Source: Thermodesulfovibrionales bacterium | GTDB lineage: Bacteria > Nitrospirota > Thermodesulfovibrionia > Thermodesulfovibrionales > Dissulfurispiraceae | Direction of reading: 5' to 3' | Assembly (NCBI GenBank): GCA_021129835.1 | Contig: JAJOKM010000043.1 | Coordinates: 1-32,068, forward strand | Length of the DNA stretch: 32,068 nt | Part shown: positions 23,744 through 32,068 of the stretch, one piece after another | Position numbering within the stretch: the stretch's first letter is position 1 | How the letters are laid out: every line of letters begins with the position of its first letter | Translations under genes and position numbers: made by a program | The notes under the pieces: model-generated | Databases searched by the model: none | The model's input: the letters and a program-made list of their open reading frames with translations, nothing else | Told to the model about the DNA's origin: nothing

Positions 23744-25282
23744 TCAATTAGCAGCCCACTTGATTATATCATCAACCATTGCCTTTATGGTGGCTTCTTG
23801 TGGCATTATGGTGACTTTAAGCCCGGCAACTTCTATTGCCTTTGTCGTAACAGGGCCTATGGAGGCTATAGCTGTGCCTCTCAAGAAATCTATTGCCTCT
23901 TCTCCTACTATATCGATAAAGTTATTGAACGTTGCAGCGCTTGTAAATGTTGCTATCGAAATCCTGCCCTCCTTTAAAAATTGCTTGAGCCTTTTGCCGT
24001 GCTTTTCGAGTTTGATAGCACGATATGTGGCCGGTGTATCTATCTTTCCTCCTAATTCCCTTACTTTTTGGGGAAATATTTCCCTCGCAATATCAGCCCT
24101 CGGAAGTAATATCTTTAATCCCTCAAGATTTTTATCTCCTCCTGCCTCCTGAACACTATGCCCTTTAACAAACGCCATTATTAAGCCCTCTGCGTTGAAC
24201 TCTTTTGGAACAAGATCTATTTTAATACCATAATTTCTGATTGCCTCAGCAGTCTTTGTGCCTATAGCGCATATCTTAATCCCCTTTAAGTCTCTAATAT
24301 CCTTGTCTCGATCAACAAACCTCTTTATGAAATACCTAAACCCGTTTGCACTTGTAAACATGAGCCAGTTGTAATCTTCTATCCTGTCTATTGTGCTGTC
24401 TATTTCAGAATAACTCGCTGGCGGAACTATTTTTGTTGTCTGAACCTCAAATATCTCGGCACCTAAATCCTCAAGTGGTCCATAATCCGGCGTATATTTC
24501 CTTGTTATTAAAATCCTGCTGCCGAAAAGAGGTCTATTTTCATACCACTTTATGGTATCTCTTAGCCTGACAACATCTCCGACTATCATTACCGCAGGTG
24601 ACCTCATCTTGCTCTCTTTTACAACTCCCGCAATATCTCTCAGGCTGCTCACAATAGTCTTCTGGTTAGGCCTTGTTCCCCACCTTACTACTGCCACTGG
24701 TGTATCTGGAGATTTTCCATGACTTAGAAGTCTTGAGGTAATGCCGCCCATATTTTTGATGCCCATCAAAAAGACAAGGGTATCGACACTGCTTGATAGC
24801 TTTGGCCAGTCTATGGAGCTTTCAGGCTTTGTTGCATCTTCATTGCCCGTGATTACTGCAAAAGATGAAGAATACCTTCTGTGGGTTAGTGGAATACCTG
24901 CATATGCAGGCACTGCTATCGAGGAACTAACACCAGGAACTATCTCAAACTCTATGCCCTCTTGTGCAAGGATCTCTGCCTCTTCACCGCCACGGCCAAA
25001 TACAAATGGATCACCGCCTTTTAACCTGCAGATAATTTTACCCTTTTTTGCCCTGTCCACGAGTGCCTGATTGATCTCACTCTGGGTCATTGCGTGGTGT
25101 CCTCCGCGTTTTCCGGCATAGATAAACTCTGCATCATGGTCGATATAATTCAGTATCTGGGCATTTAGATGGAAGTCGTATACCACAACCTCAGTCTTTT
25201 GAAGACATCGCATGCCTTTAACTGTCAGCAGCCCTATATCGCCAGGCCCTGCGCCTATGAAATAAATCTTGCCTTTTCTCAT
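23744..25282 (-). CDS. cobA-hemD: Bifunctional uroporphyrinogen-III C-methyltransferase / uroporphyrinogen-III synthase
   Basis: The N-terminal SUMT motifs are KIYFIGAGPGDIGLLTVKG and GGDPFVFGRGGEE. The C-terminal ~250 aa is HemD-like. The gene overlaps hemC by 4 nt. Confidence 0.9.
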   Translation of the reverse strand: MRKGKIYFIGAGPGDIGLLTVKGMRCLQKTEVVVYDFHLNAQILNYIDHDAEFIYAGKRGGHHAMTQSEINQALVDRAKKGKIICRLKGGDPFVFGRGGEEAEILAQEGIEFEIVPGVSSSIAVPAYAGIPLTHRRYSSSFAVITGNEDATKPESSIDWPKLSSSVDTLVFLMGIKNMGGITSRLLSHGKSPDTPVAVVRWGTRPNQKTIVSSLRDIAGVVKESKMRSPAVMIVGDVVRLRDTIKWYENRPLFGSRILITRKYTPDYGPLEDLGAEIFEVQTTKIVPPASYSEIDSTIDRIEDYNWLMFTSANGFRYFIKRFVDRDKDIRDLKGIKICAIGTKTAEAIRNYGIKIDLVPKEFNAEGLIMAFVKGHSVQEAGGDKNLEGLKILLPRADIAREIFPQKVRELGGKIDTPATYRAIKLEKHGKRLKQFLKEGRISIATFTSAATFNNFIDIVGEEAIDFLRGTAIASIGPVTTKAIEVAGLKVTIMPQEATIKAMVDDIIKWAAN

Positions 25283-26247
25283 CTTAATGTCGTTATCTTT
25301 TTGGCCTCATTCAGTATCTTCTCTGCACCCCTCGAAAGGAGTTCCTCAGCGAGTTTAACACCCAAGGATTCTGCATCATCAAGATTACCCTCGATATGCA
25401 CTTTCACAATAACATCTCCTGCCACACTCCCTGCGAGTCCATCCATAATTAGTAATGACTTAAGCCCTCGGTTAATTATTCTTGCATAAGCGGCTATGGG
25501 CGCCTGACAGCCTCCCTGAAGCCTTTTTAAGAATGCCCTTTCGGCCTTTACGCAAATAGAAGTTTCCGGATGATTCAATAAGGCAACTAGTTTATTTGCA
25601 AATATATCGTCTGCCCTGCATTCAACCCCTATTGCCCCCTGACTTATTGCGGGGAGACTTACCCCGATCGGAAGGATTTCTGCTATCATCTCTGTCAATC
25701 TAAGTCTTTTGACACCTGCAGCAGCCAATATTATGGCATCAAACTGCCCTTCATCGAGTCTCCTCAGTCTTGTATCGAGGTTGCCTCTTAGTTGCTTAAT
25801 CTTCAGGTCGGGTCGTATATTCAGCAGTTGGCACGAACGTCTGAGACTACTTGTCCCTACTATGGCGCCACTCGGCAGATCCATAAATTTTTCTACTCTC
25901 TGCCTACCATTTTCCACCTTTGTTATAAAGGCATCCCTTGGGTCTTCCCTTTCACATACTGCTGCAATGCGTAAACCCTCCTGCAGATCAGCAGGCACAT
26001 CCTTCATGCTATGAACCGCGATATCTATTCTGCCGCTCAGCAGTGCCTCTTCGATCTCTTTTACAAAAAGACCCTTGCCTCCAACCTTTGACAGCGGGAC
26101 ATCTAAAATTTTATCCCCGGTAGTCTTTATCTTGTCCAATCCAATATCTATGCCTGGATGAGTCCTTTTCAACTCAGATCTTACCCACTCAGCCTGCCAT
26201 AGCGCAAGTCTGCTGCCTCGAGCGCCAATTATGAGTTTACTCTTCAT
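25279..26247 (-). CDS. hemC: Porphobilinogen deaminase (hydroxymethylbilane synthase)
   Basis: It has LIIGARGSRLALWQAEWV, HSMKDVP, and the cofactor-Cys region LQGGCQAPIAAYA. Confidence 0.95.
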   Translation of the reverse strand: MKSKLIIGARGSRLALWQAEWVRSELKRTHPGIDIGLDKIKTTGDKILDVPLSKVGGKGLFVKEIEEALLSGRIDIAVHSMKDVPADLQEGLRIAAVCEREDPRDAFITKVENGRQRVEKFMDLPSGAIVGTSSLRRSCQLLNIRPDLKIKQLRGNLDTRLRRLDEGQFDAIILAAAGVKRLRLTEMIAEILPIGVSLPAISQGAIGVECRADDIFANKLVALLNHPETSICVKAERAFLKRLQGGCQAPIAAYARIINRGLKSLLIMDGLAGSVAGDVIVKVHIEGNLDDAESLGVKLAEELLSRGAEKILNEAKKITTLR

Positions 26248-26271
26248 AAGCCTTTATTACCTCTAAAGAAC

Positions 26272-27126
26272 TCAATAAGCAGTTGCTGCCTGTATTCCTG
26301 CTGCTGCTCTTGCCCATAAAGAACCTGCCTCATGACGAGATGCTGTCTTTAGTATTGGTGATTTTTCTTTTTTTGCCCTTGATATCTTCGCGTCATTTTT
26401 AAGGATAGGTTCAATCCCTTCCATATCAATCCCAAAAAGCGATGACAGATCAGAGTCGTCGATAACCCTTGAACTTTTCTGTTCGACCTTTTTGAGCAGG
26501 CTGGCGGTTTTGTCTCCAACTACCATGGTTATCAGGTCATTCATCTCAACCTTTCTCGGTCTGAAAAATAGCGCCGGTTCATTATCCAGTCTTGCCCCGA
26601 CTCCATAGAGGGTTGCGGCAACATGCTTGCACATACTTGCCCAGTCAGGACAGCTGCGACTAAAAGAGATTTTTGAGGGAGATGGGAAGAGTCCTGACTT
26701 TTTATCAGTAAATACTTCTGTCAGGGCCTTTGGGAATTTGCCTTCAAGGAGCTCTTGCAGGGAGTCGAACTCTCCCTTGCAGATATTTTTTATGTTATTC
26801 CAGATTTTTTCGTCTAACGGTTTTATCCCTATTTCTACTCTGTATGGAGAAGAGTTAGAGCCCTGGACCAAGGATTTTATCAGTCCTGCATTTATCTGCA
26901 GATCCAGCACAGCGCCGTTACGAACATAGCTTCTTCCCCTGCTTATGCGGTTATGATAACCGGCATAGTTTTCTAAATTAGAATTCTATGCCTTCCCCCA
27001 CCAAGTTCTGGCCAAAGTTCTGCCCTCAATAAGAACCGGCGTTATATCGAGATTCTTCTTCTTAAGGGCGGTCACCTTTTGTTCTGCCTTTGATATGTAA
27101 GGTCTGTAAAATCCCCTGTATGCCAT
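26272..27126 (-). pseudogene. SWIM zinc-finger protein (SNF2-associated type), disrupted
   Basis: The reading frame from ATG 27126 gives ..EGRTLARTWWGKA-TAG-NSNLENY..RISRGRSYVRNGAVLDLQI.., a conserved SWIM-partner N-terminus interrupted by TAG at 26986-26988. The SWIM motif reads SRSCPDWASMCKH, with Arg (CGC) where the first Cys of CxC is expected. Confidence 0.75.
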
Positions 27127-27143
27127 TCATATACCTCTATCGA

Positions 27144-29820
27144 TTACAGACTGAGTTTGAACATATCTAATATCTCCTTATTGTCCATTTCAGTTATCCA
27201 GTTTTCATTTGAACTCTGGATTATATTACGGCACAAGGTCGATTTTTCTTCCAGCATTGAGTCGATCTTCTCCTCTACTGTCCCCTTTGTTATAAATTTG
27301 TGCACAACTACCTTTTTCCTTTGACCTATCCTGAACGCCCTGTCAGTTGCCTGATTTTCGACGGCAGGGTTCCACCATCTATCAAAATAGATAACATGAT
27401 TTACATTTGTCAAATTGAGTCCCACACCCCCAGCCTTAATCGACAGGACAAAAAATGGGACATACTCTTCACTCTGAAAACGTTCGATGATCTTTTTTCT
27501 CTGCATCACCGGGATGCTTCCGTGCAGAATCAAACCTTCTCTTTTAAAGACGGTCGTTAAAAAATTACAGAGTGGTCCTGCTATTTCTTTAAACTGCGTA
27601 AAGATTAATACCTTTTCTCTCTTTTCGAAGATAGTTTCGCAAATCTCCCGTAACCGTTGAAATTTACCGCTATCGTTTTCTATATAATCTCCGCTGCCAA
27701 GGTACTGATCTGGATGATTGCATATCTGTTTAAATTTCATGAGGGAGGCAATTATAATCCCTCTTCTCTGAATACCTGTCAGCTCCTCTAAACCCCGCTT
27801 AATATCATCTACGAGTTTTTTTATATGAAACGATCTGTCTCTTGGTCAGTCCAGAATAGGTCTTCATCTCTATTTTGTCAGGCAGGTCTGATATGACCGA
27901 TTTATCTGTCTTTAATCGTCTTAATATATATGGACTGATCACCTTTTTTAGCCTTCCATATCCGTAAGAGTCATTTTTTATCTTCTGGGCATACTCTGCA
28001 AATTCCTTTGAAGTCCCTAATAACCCTGGATTGATAAAATCATAGAGGGACCACAGGTCTGAGAGGCTGTTTTCTATGAGGGTGCCGGTCAGAACTATCC
28101 TATTGCGCGATTTCAGCCTTTTTACTGCCCTTGCCTGTTTTGTCCCTGGATTCTTGATTGCCTGTGCTTCATCTAAGATGACATAGTTCCATGAATAGGA
28201 CTTTATTGCCTCATATTTTTGGATTAAGGAGTATGTTGTAATGATAAGGTCATATCTATCTATAAATGAGTCGTCTTTCATGATGGTCTTACCCTTAGAG
28301 TTCACTCCAGTATGGGCGATAAAGAATTTCAGAGAGGGCGCAAAACGGATTATTTCATTCTGCCAATTTGAGAGTAGAGAAGCAGGTATGATTAGCAGGT
28401 TGGCGCCTTCGGTCTTTTTTGTCTTTAAGTCGTCTAAAAAGGCAAGAATTTGAACAGTTTTACCTAATCCCATATCATCTGCCAGGCATGCCCCGAATTG
28501 CAGCGAATGCAAAAAATGCAACCAGTTTAATCCATTCTGCTGATAAAGACGTAGTTTGGCCTTGAACCCTTTCCCCGGAAGTGTTGGCTTAATCATGGCC
28601 GGATTTCTTAATTTAGCGATAACCGATTCAAGCCACTCCCCGTTTGAGACTTCCAGTATGCCGTCACCATGGATATCCCCAAAGATCGATTTAGCGCCTA
28701 ACTGCATTTTCATGGCCTCCTTGAGGCTCAAACCGCCATTTTCTATCACTCCTTCAGTCTTTTCGAGCAGATCGAGCACCTGATTCAGTTTTTCAGAGTT
28801 CACCTCGACCCATTTCCCTTTGATATAGGCAAGTCCTTCCGATTCTTCTAATATCCTTCTTGCCTCTTTTTCTGTAATAACGGTATCTCCTAAAAGGATT
28901 TGTGCGTCGAAATTTAGGATAGAGTCCATGCCAAGATAGTTTGGAGAGGTATTCCCGATGGCGACAACAAGTTTAAACGAAGAGGCCCCACCCTTCCACC
29001 AGTCGGGTATCCTGCACAAGATTCCCGAGTCTTCATAGATCGCAATCTCTTTCAGGAATTTAAAGGCATCTTTTGGAGTCCATGCCAGAGGATGAAAGAC
29101 TTCTCCAGAGTCTAAAAGGTCTGCTACCAAATCACTCTTTTTAGCAGCTAAATGAATAGTTGCAAGGATATCTAACAGCTCCTGGCTGTGATGCCTATAT
29201 TCCTCAAGTGCAAATTTCAGAGGGATATGCCTTGATCTCCCCTGCTTGCTTAAACTCGTTGAATAGGTTGCCAGAAAGGCAAATGGATATTCCTCTGTTT
29301 TTCTGTTTTCGACAAGGTGGAAATAGACCCTGCCTATAAGGTGAACATCGGGGCTATAGGTCTTTAAGAAACCCTCTACAGTGCCGTCATACCCTTTTAT
29401 CATCTGCCGGAATTTGGTCTCTACCCGTGACCATAGAAATTTCAAGAGGGCCTCATCTAGATATTCAGCGCCTGTCATAAAAGGGGCTTTTTCTAATACT
29501 TCTTTAATCTTTTTGCCCTCCAGGGAAATATGGATTTTCTCCCTTATCTGTTCAATATCCTGGACTTGGCGTAATTTTGCTGCGAAAATACCTGTAAAAT
29601 TCCTCCAGAACTCCAAAGAGACAGACAGGGGTATCTCTCTATCAGAAAGGCCTAAAAATAATAAGGCAGAGTAAATATCTTCCTGGAATCGTCTGTATAT
29701 CTCTTTCTCTAAAACCTGTCTGCCCTTGTCTGCTTTCGCATCTGGCTTCGTATCTGAATCTATCCATTCCAACTGCATAATGCCATTCGGCATTAGAGCT
29801 GCTGTTAATTCCCGATTCAT
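27144..29820 (-). pseudogene. SNF2-family helicase, split by a 1-nt frameshift in a 7-nt homopolymer
   Basis: The ORF at 27805-29820 carries the N-terminal region plus LRLYQQNGLNWL, DDMGLGKT and ILDEAQAIKN. The ORF at 27144-27740 carries helicase-C motifs (GGVGLNLTNVNHVIYFDRWWNPAVENQATDRAFRIGQ). Deleting one T from the run at 27816-27822 joins them through ..YKKLVDDIKRGLEELTGIQRRGIIIASLMKFKQICNHP. Confidence 0.8.
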
Positions 29821-29835
29821 AGCTATTCCCCGGCC

Positions 29836-31113
29836 TTATTTCCCATTTTCATGCCCATTAAGTCCATACAATCTTTGTATCACTGATACTAATTCGTCTC
29901 TGTCTACTACCTCTTCTTTTAGGGCAACTGTTGGTGGGTGTAAGAGTTCATTGATTATTGATGTCGCCATCTGCTGAACTGACCGCATCTTTTCGCCGTC
30001 GAGGTCGGGGAATTTATTTCTAAACTTCCTGATCTCTTTTTCCTTTATCCTTTCTGCTTTTTGTCGCATCTCTACAATGACAGGAACTGAATTCAGGGAC
30101 GGCACCCACTTAATGAATTTTTCCACCTCTTCATCCACTATCCTTTCCGCCTTTTCTACCTCCTTTTTCCTCTCAAAGAGATTTGAGTCTGCAACTCCCT
30201 GAAGGTCATCGATGTCATAAAGATAAACATTGCCTATCCTGTTTATTTTTGGATCTATGTTTCTGGGCACTGATATATCTATTATAAAGACAGGCTTGTG
30301 TCTTCTTTTTTTCATAACCGCCTTCATCTCTTCTTTATTGAGGACATAATCTGGGGCGCCTGTCGAGCAGATTATTATATCCATATGCACTATCTCTTGC
30401 AAGAAGTCTTCGAATCTTGCTGGTCTGCCACCGAATTTTTCAGCAAGCTCACAACATCGCTCATATGTCCTGTTTACAACCACAACATCCTTTGCGCCAC
30501 TCCTCACAATACATCGTGCCGTAAGTTCGGCCATTTCTCCTGCACCAAGGAGCATGCAAGATTTTCCTGAAAGGCCTCCAAATATCTTTTTTGCGAGCTC
30601 TACCGCTGCAAAACCTACGGAGACCGCATTTTCAGCAATTCTCGTCTCTGTCCTGACCCTTTTGGCCGTGGATATTGCCTTTCTCATCAATCTATTCAAT
30701 AAAACACCCGTCGTTTTTTTGGTGAGCGCAAAGTCAAAGGCCTCTTTGAATTGACCGAGTATCTGAGGTTCACCAACCACCATAGAATCAAGGCTTGAGG
30801 CGACCATTAAGATATGTCTTATGGCATCAGATCCAGCGCGAATGTATAGTGACTTTTCGAAGACATCCCTCTGTATGCCGTGAAAAGCAGAGATGAAATT
30901 TTTTATACCCTCTACTGCTGAAGCAGTAGCAGTATCTACATGTGAATATATTTCTACCCTGTTGCATGTCGAAAGCAGGGCTACTTCTTTCACTTCTGAT
31001 AATTTTTTTAGGCCAAATATCCCCTCTTCGACCATTGACCCGTTAAATGCGAGCCTCTCCCTGATTTCTACATCAGCGGTTCTGTGATTTAATCCTATAG
31101 CAAGAATTTTCAT
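29836..31113 (-). CDS. hemA: Glutamyl-tRNA reductase
   Basis: It has ILAIGLNHRTADVEIRE, the catalytic-Cys motif STCNRVEIY and the NADPH motif LLGAGEMAEL. It overlaps the upstream gene by 4 nt. Confidence 0.95.
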   Translation of the reverse strand: MKILAIGLNHRTADVEIRERLAFNGSMVEEGIFGLKKLSEVKEVALLSTCNRVEIYSHVDTATASAVEGIKNFISAFHGIQRDVFEKSLYIRAGSDAIRHILMVASSLDSMVVGEPQILGQFKEAFDFALTKKTTGVLLNRLMRKAISTAKRVRTETRIAENAVSVGFAAVELAKKIFGGLSGKSCMLLGAGEMAELTARCIVRSGAKDVVVVNRTYERCCELAEKFGGRPARFEDFLQEIVHMDIIICSTGAPDYVLNKEEMKAVMKKRRHKPVFIIDISVPRNIDPKINRIGNVYLYDIDDLQGVADSNLFERKKEVEKAERIVDEEVEKFIKWVPSLNSVPVIVEMRQKAERIKEKEIRKFRNKFPDLDGEKMRSVQQMATSIINELLHPPTVALKEEVVDRDELVSVIQRLYGLNGHENGK

Positions 31114-31925
31114 GAGAATGTATGTATGCTCTTTAAAAATAGATCAGCGCCAAAAAATGCAAATAATACCGTCGAAAAACCGGCAATAGATAGTGCGGCA
31201 ATCTTTCTCCCTTTCCACCCAATAGCTAACCTCACAAAAAGAGCGAGGGCATAAACTCCCCATATTATAAGCGCCAAAATCTCCTTGGGATCCCATCTCC
31301 AATAAGCTCCCCATGCGGCTTCGGCCCCTATCGCACCTGCTATTATAGCAAGGGTAAAGAGTGGAAACCCTATAACAATAAGTCTGTAATTTATCTCATC
31401 GAGTACCTGAAGGCTCGGCAACCTTTGAAAAAGCTCGCGCGGATGTCTTGATTTTAGATAATACTCCTGAATTAGATACATTATCCCAATTCCGAATGCC
31501 ACGGCAAAGGCCGCATAACTAAGAAACGCCAGCAGGGTATGCACTTCAAGCCAGTAGTCTTGAAGTATCGGGCTCAGTGGGCGCATCTCTCCTGGAGAAA
31601 TAAGCGCAATAAGCATCAGAATAGAGACAATGGGCAAGATAAAAGAACCCATTATACCAATTTGATATCTGTATTTAAGAAAGAAAAATAGCAAGACAAT
31701 GCACCATGCAAAAAAAGAAGAGGCTTCATGCATGCCGACTGCGGGAAGGTGCCCCATTGCTATATATCTATAGACAATATTGGCCGTGTGCATCAGAAAT
31801 CCAGAGCCAACAAAGAGGTGTATTATTTTCGATGACCCCTTGCCTCCCTTAAGTATTCCGCAAATGCCCATGATTGCTGCAATGAAGTAAAGTACGAAGG
31901 CTAATTTAAAGAGGATATCTTCCAT
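31110..31925 (-). CDS. CcsA/ResC-like cytochrome c assembly (heme-handling) membrane protein, HemX-like position
   Basis: It is a polytopic membrane protein with the Trp-rich motif WGAYWRWDPKE, and it is translationally coupled to hemA. Confidence 0.8.
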   Translation of the reverse strand: MEDILFKLAFVLYFIAAIMGICGILKGGKGSSKIIHLFVGSGFLMHTANIVYRYIAMGHLPAVGMHEASSFFAWCIVLLFFFLKYRYQIGIMGSFILPIVSILMLIALISPGEMRPLSPILQDYWLEVHTLLAFLSYAAFAVAFGIGIMYLIQEYYLKSRHPRELFQRLPSLQVLDEINYRLIVIGFPLFTLAIIAGAIGAEAAWGAYWRWDPKEILALIIWGVYALALFVRLAIGWKGRKIAALSIAGFSTVLFAFFGADLFLKSIHTFS

Positions 31926-31933
31926 CTTTTAAC

Positions 31934-32001
31934 AAGGTTCCAGGTTCAAAGTTCACGGTTCACGGTTAACAACCCTTCAGAACTTGAACCGTGAACCTGA
32001 G
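31934..32001. repeat. Heptad-periodic palindromic element (copy i), homolog of 4225-4288
   Basis: The sequence AAGGTTCCAGGTTCAAAGTTCACGGTTCACGGTTAACAACCCTTCAGAACTTGAACCGTGAACCTGAG aligns with copy a along its whole length. It lies immediately upstream of the hem operon. Confidence 0.85.
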
Positions 32002-32015
32002 CAGTTATCTTTATT

Positions 32016-32068
32016 GGTTCTTCTCCAAATTTAGTAGAGATTAGGTAGTGTAGGGCTTTATGCCCGTA
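32016..32068 (+). repeat. Third copy of the edge module seen at 59-115 and 198-250, cut by the window end
   Basis: GGTTCTTCTCCAAATTTAGTAGAGATTAGGTAGTGTAGGGCTTTATGCCCGTA matches the reverse complement of 198-250 at 51 of 53 positions. Confidence 0.9.

Noticed and set aside
23760-24152. 130-aa antisense ORF inside cobA-hemD, and similar antisense ORFs in secA, aroC, slt, hemA and the SNF2 gene
   Set aside because: The opposite strand carries strongly motif-supported genes. The antisense ORFs have no RBS and no recognisable motifs.
26986-26988. In-frame TAG in the SWIM gene as pyrrolysine or other stop-codon recoding
   Set aside because: The conserved context predicts Trp (TGG to TAG is one transition). 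No pyl genes or PYLIS-like context are seen. The neighbouring frameshift and the Cys-to-Arg change point to decay.
198-32068. Inverted copies of the edge module (198-250 and 32016-32068) as boundaries of a 32-kb mobile element
   Set aside because: The content between them is core housekeeping (secA, murJ, aroC, mnmG, hem genes, a tRNA) with no integrase or transposase. A third copy at 59-115 shows this is a dispersed repeat.

Overview
This 32-kb window looks like core chromosome from a diderm (Gram-negative-type) bacterium. GC is moderate to low, roughly 42-43% by eye. All homology calls rest on motifs I recognise in the supplied translations; no database search was run.

I support 22 intact CDS, one tRNA(CAT) and two adjacent decayed genes.
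- Plus strand: murJ, an MBL-fold hydrolase, secA, an L,D-transpeptidase, surE, a COG2509-like FAD protein, pcm, a GT2 glycosyltransferase and mnmG.
- Minus strand: htpX, an Slt70-like lytic transglycosylase, aroC, pilT plus a pilU-like paralog, an Lpp-like alanine-zipper lipoprotein, an HMA-like protein, a double zinc-ribbon protein and an M23 peptidase.
- Also on the minus strand is a tetrapyrrole operon: ccsA-like, hemA, [SNF2, SWIM], hemC, cobA-hemD.

The protein-coding content is ordinary. The unusual signal is non-coding. Almost every intergenic spacer longer than about 60 nt is filled by a structured, ORF-less repeat from at least four families.
1. Long imperfect palindromes whose arms are tandem 7-nt units (GGTTCAC, GGTTCAA, CTCGAAC, ACTGTAA and similar). 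One copy has perfect 20-bp termini, and two copies share an identical 49-nt core.
2. MITE-like elements of about 150-160 bp with GTAATAGTTCACC termini, CCCCTC/GAGGGG hairpins and canonical G-quadruplex motifs. Two copies lie in frame at the 5' ends of two periplasmic cell-wall enzymes.
3. GTCATTCCCGC hairpin elements, one carrying a nested AT-rich insertion.
4. A 53-57 nt module at both window edges whose internal 4-bp hairpin shows compensatory G-C/C-G swaps between copies.

The best protein-level oddity is an SNF2 helicase plus SWIM zinc-finger pair wedged between hemA and hemC with 15-24 nt spacers. It is visibly decaying, with a homopolymer frameshift, an in-frame TAG where Trp is expected, and a Cys-to-Arg change in the SWIM motif. 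Other leads are an L,D-transpeptidase convergent with a Lys-terminated Lpp-like lipoprotein, an orphan transposase-type zinc-ribbon gene next to an HMA-like gene, and an M23 peptidase with a degenerate HxH motif.

I see no CRISPR array, rRNA, transposase, integrase or recognisable defence or toxin system.
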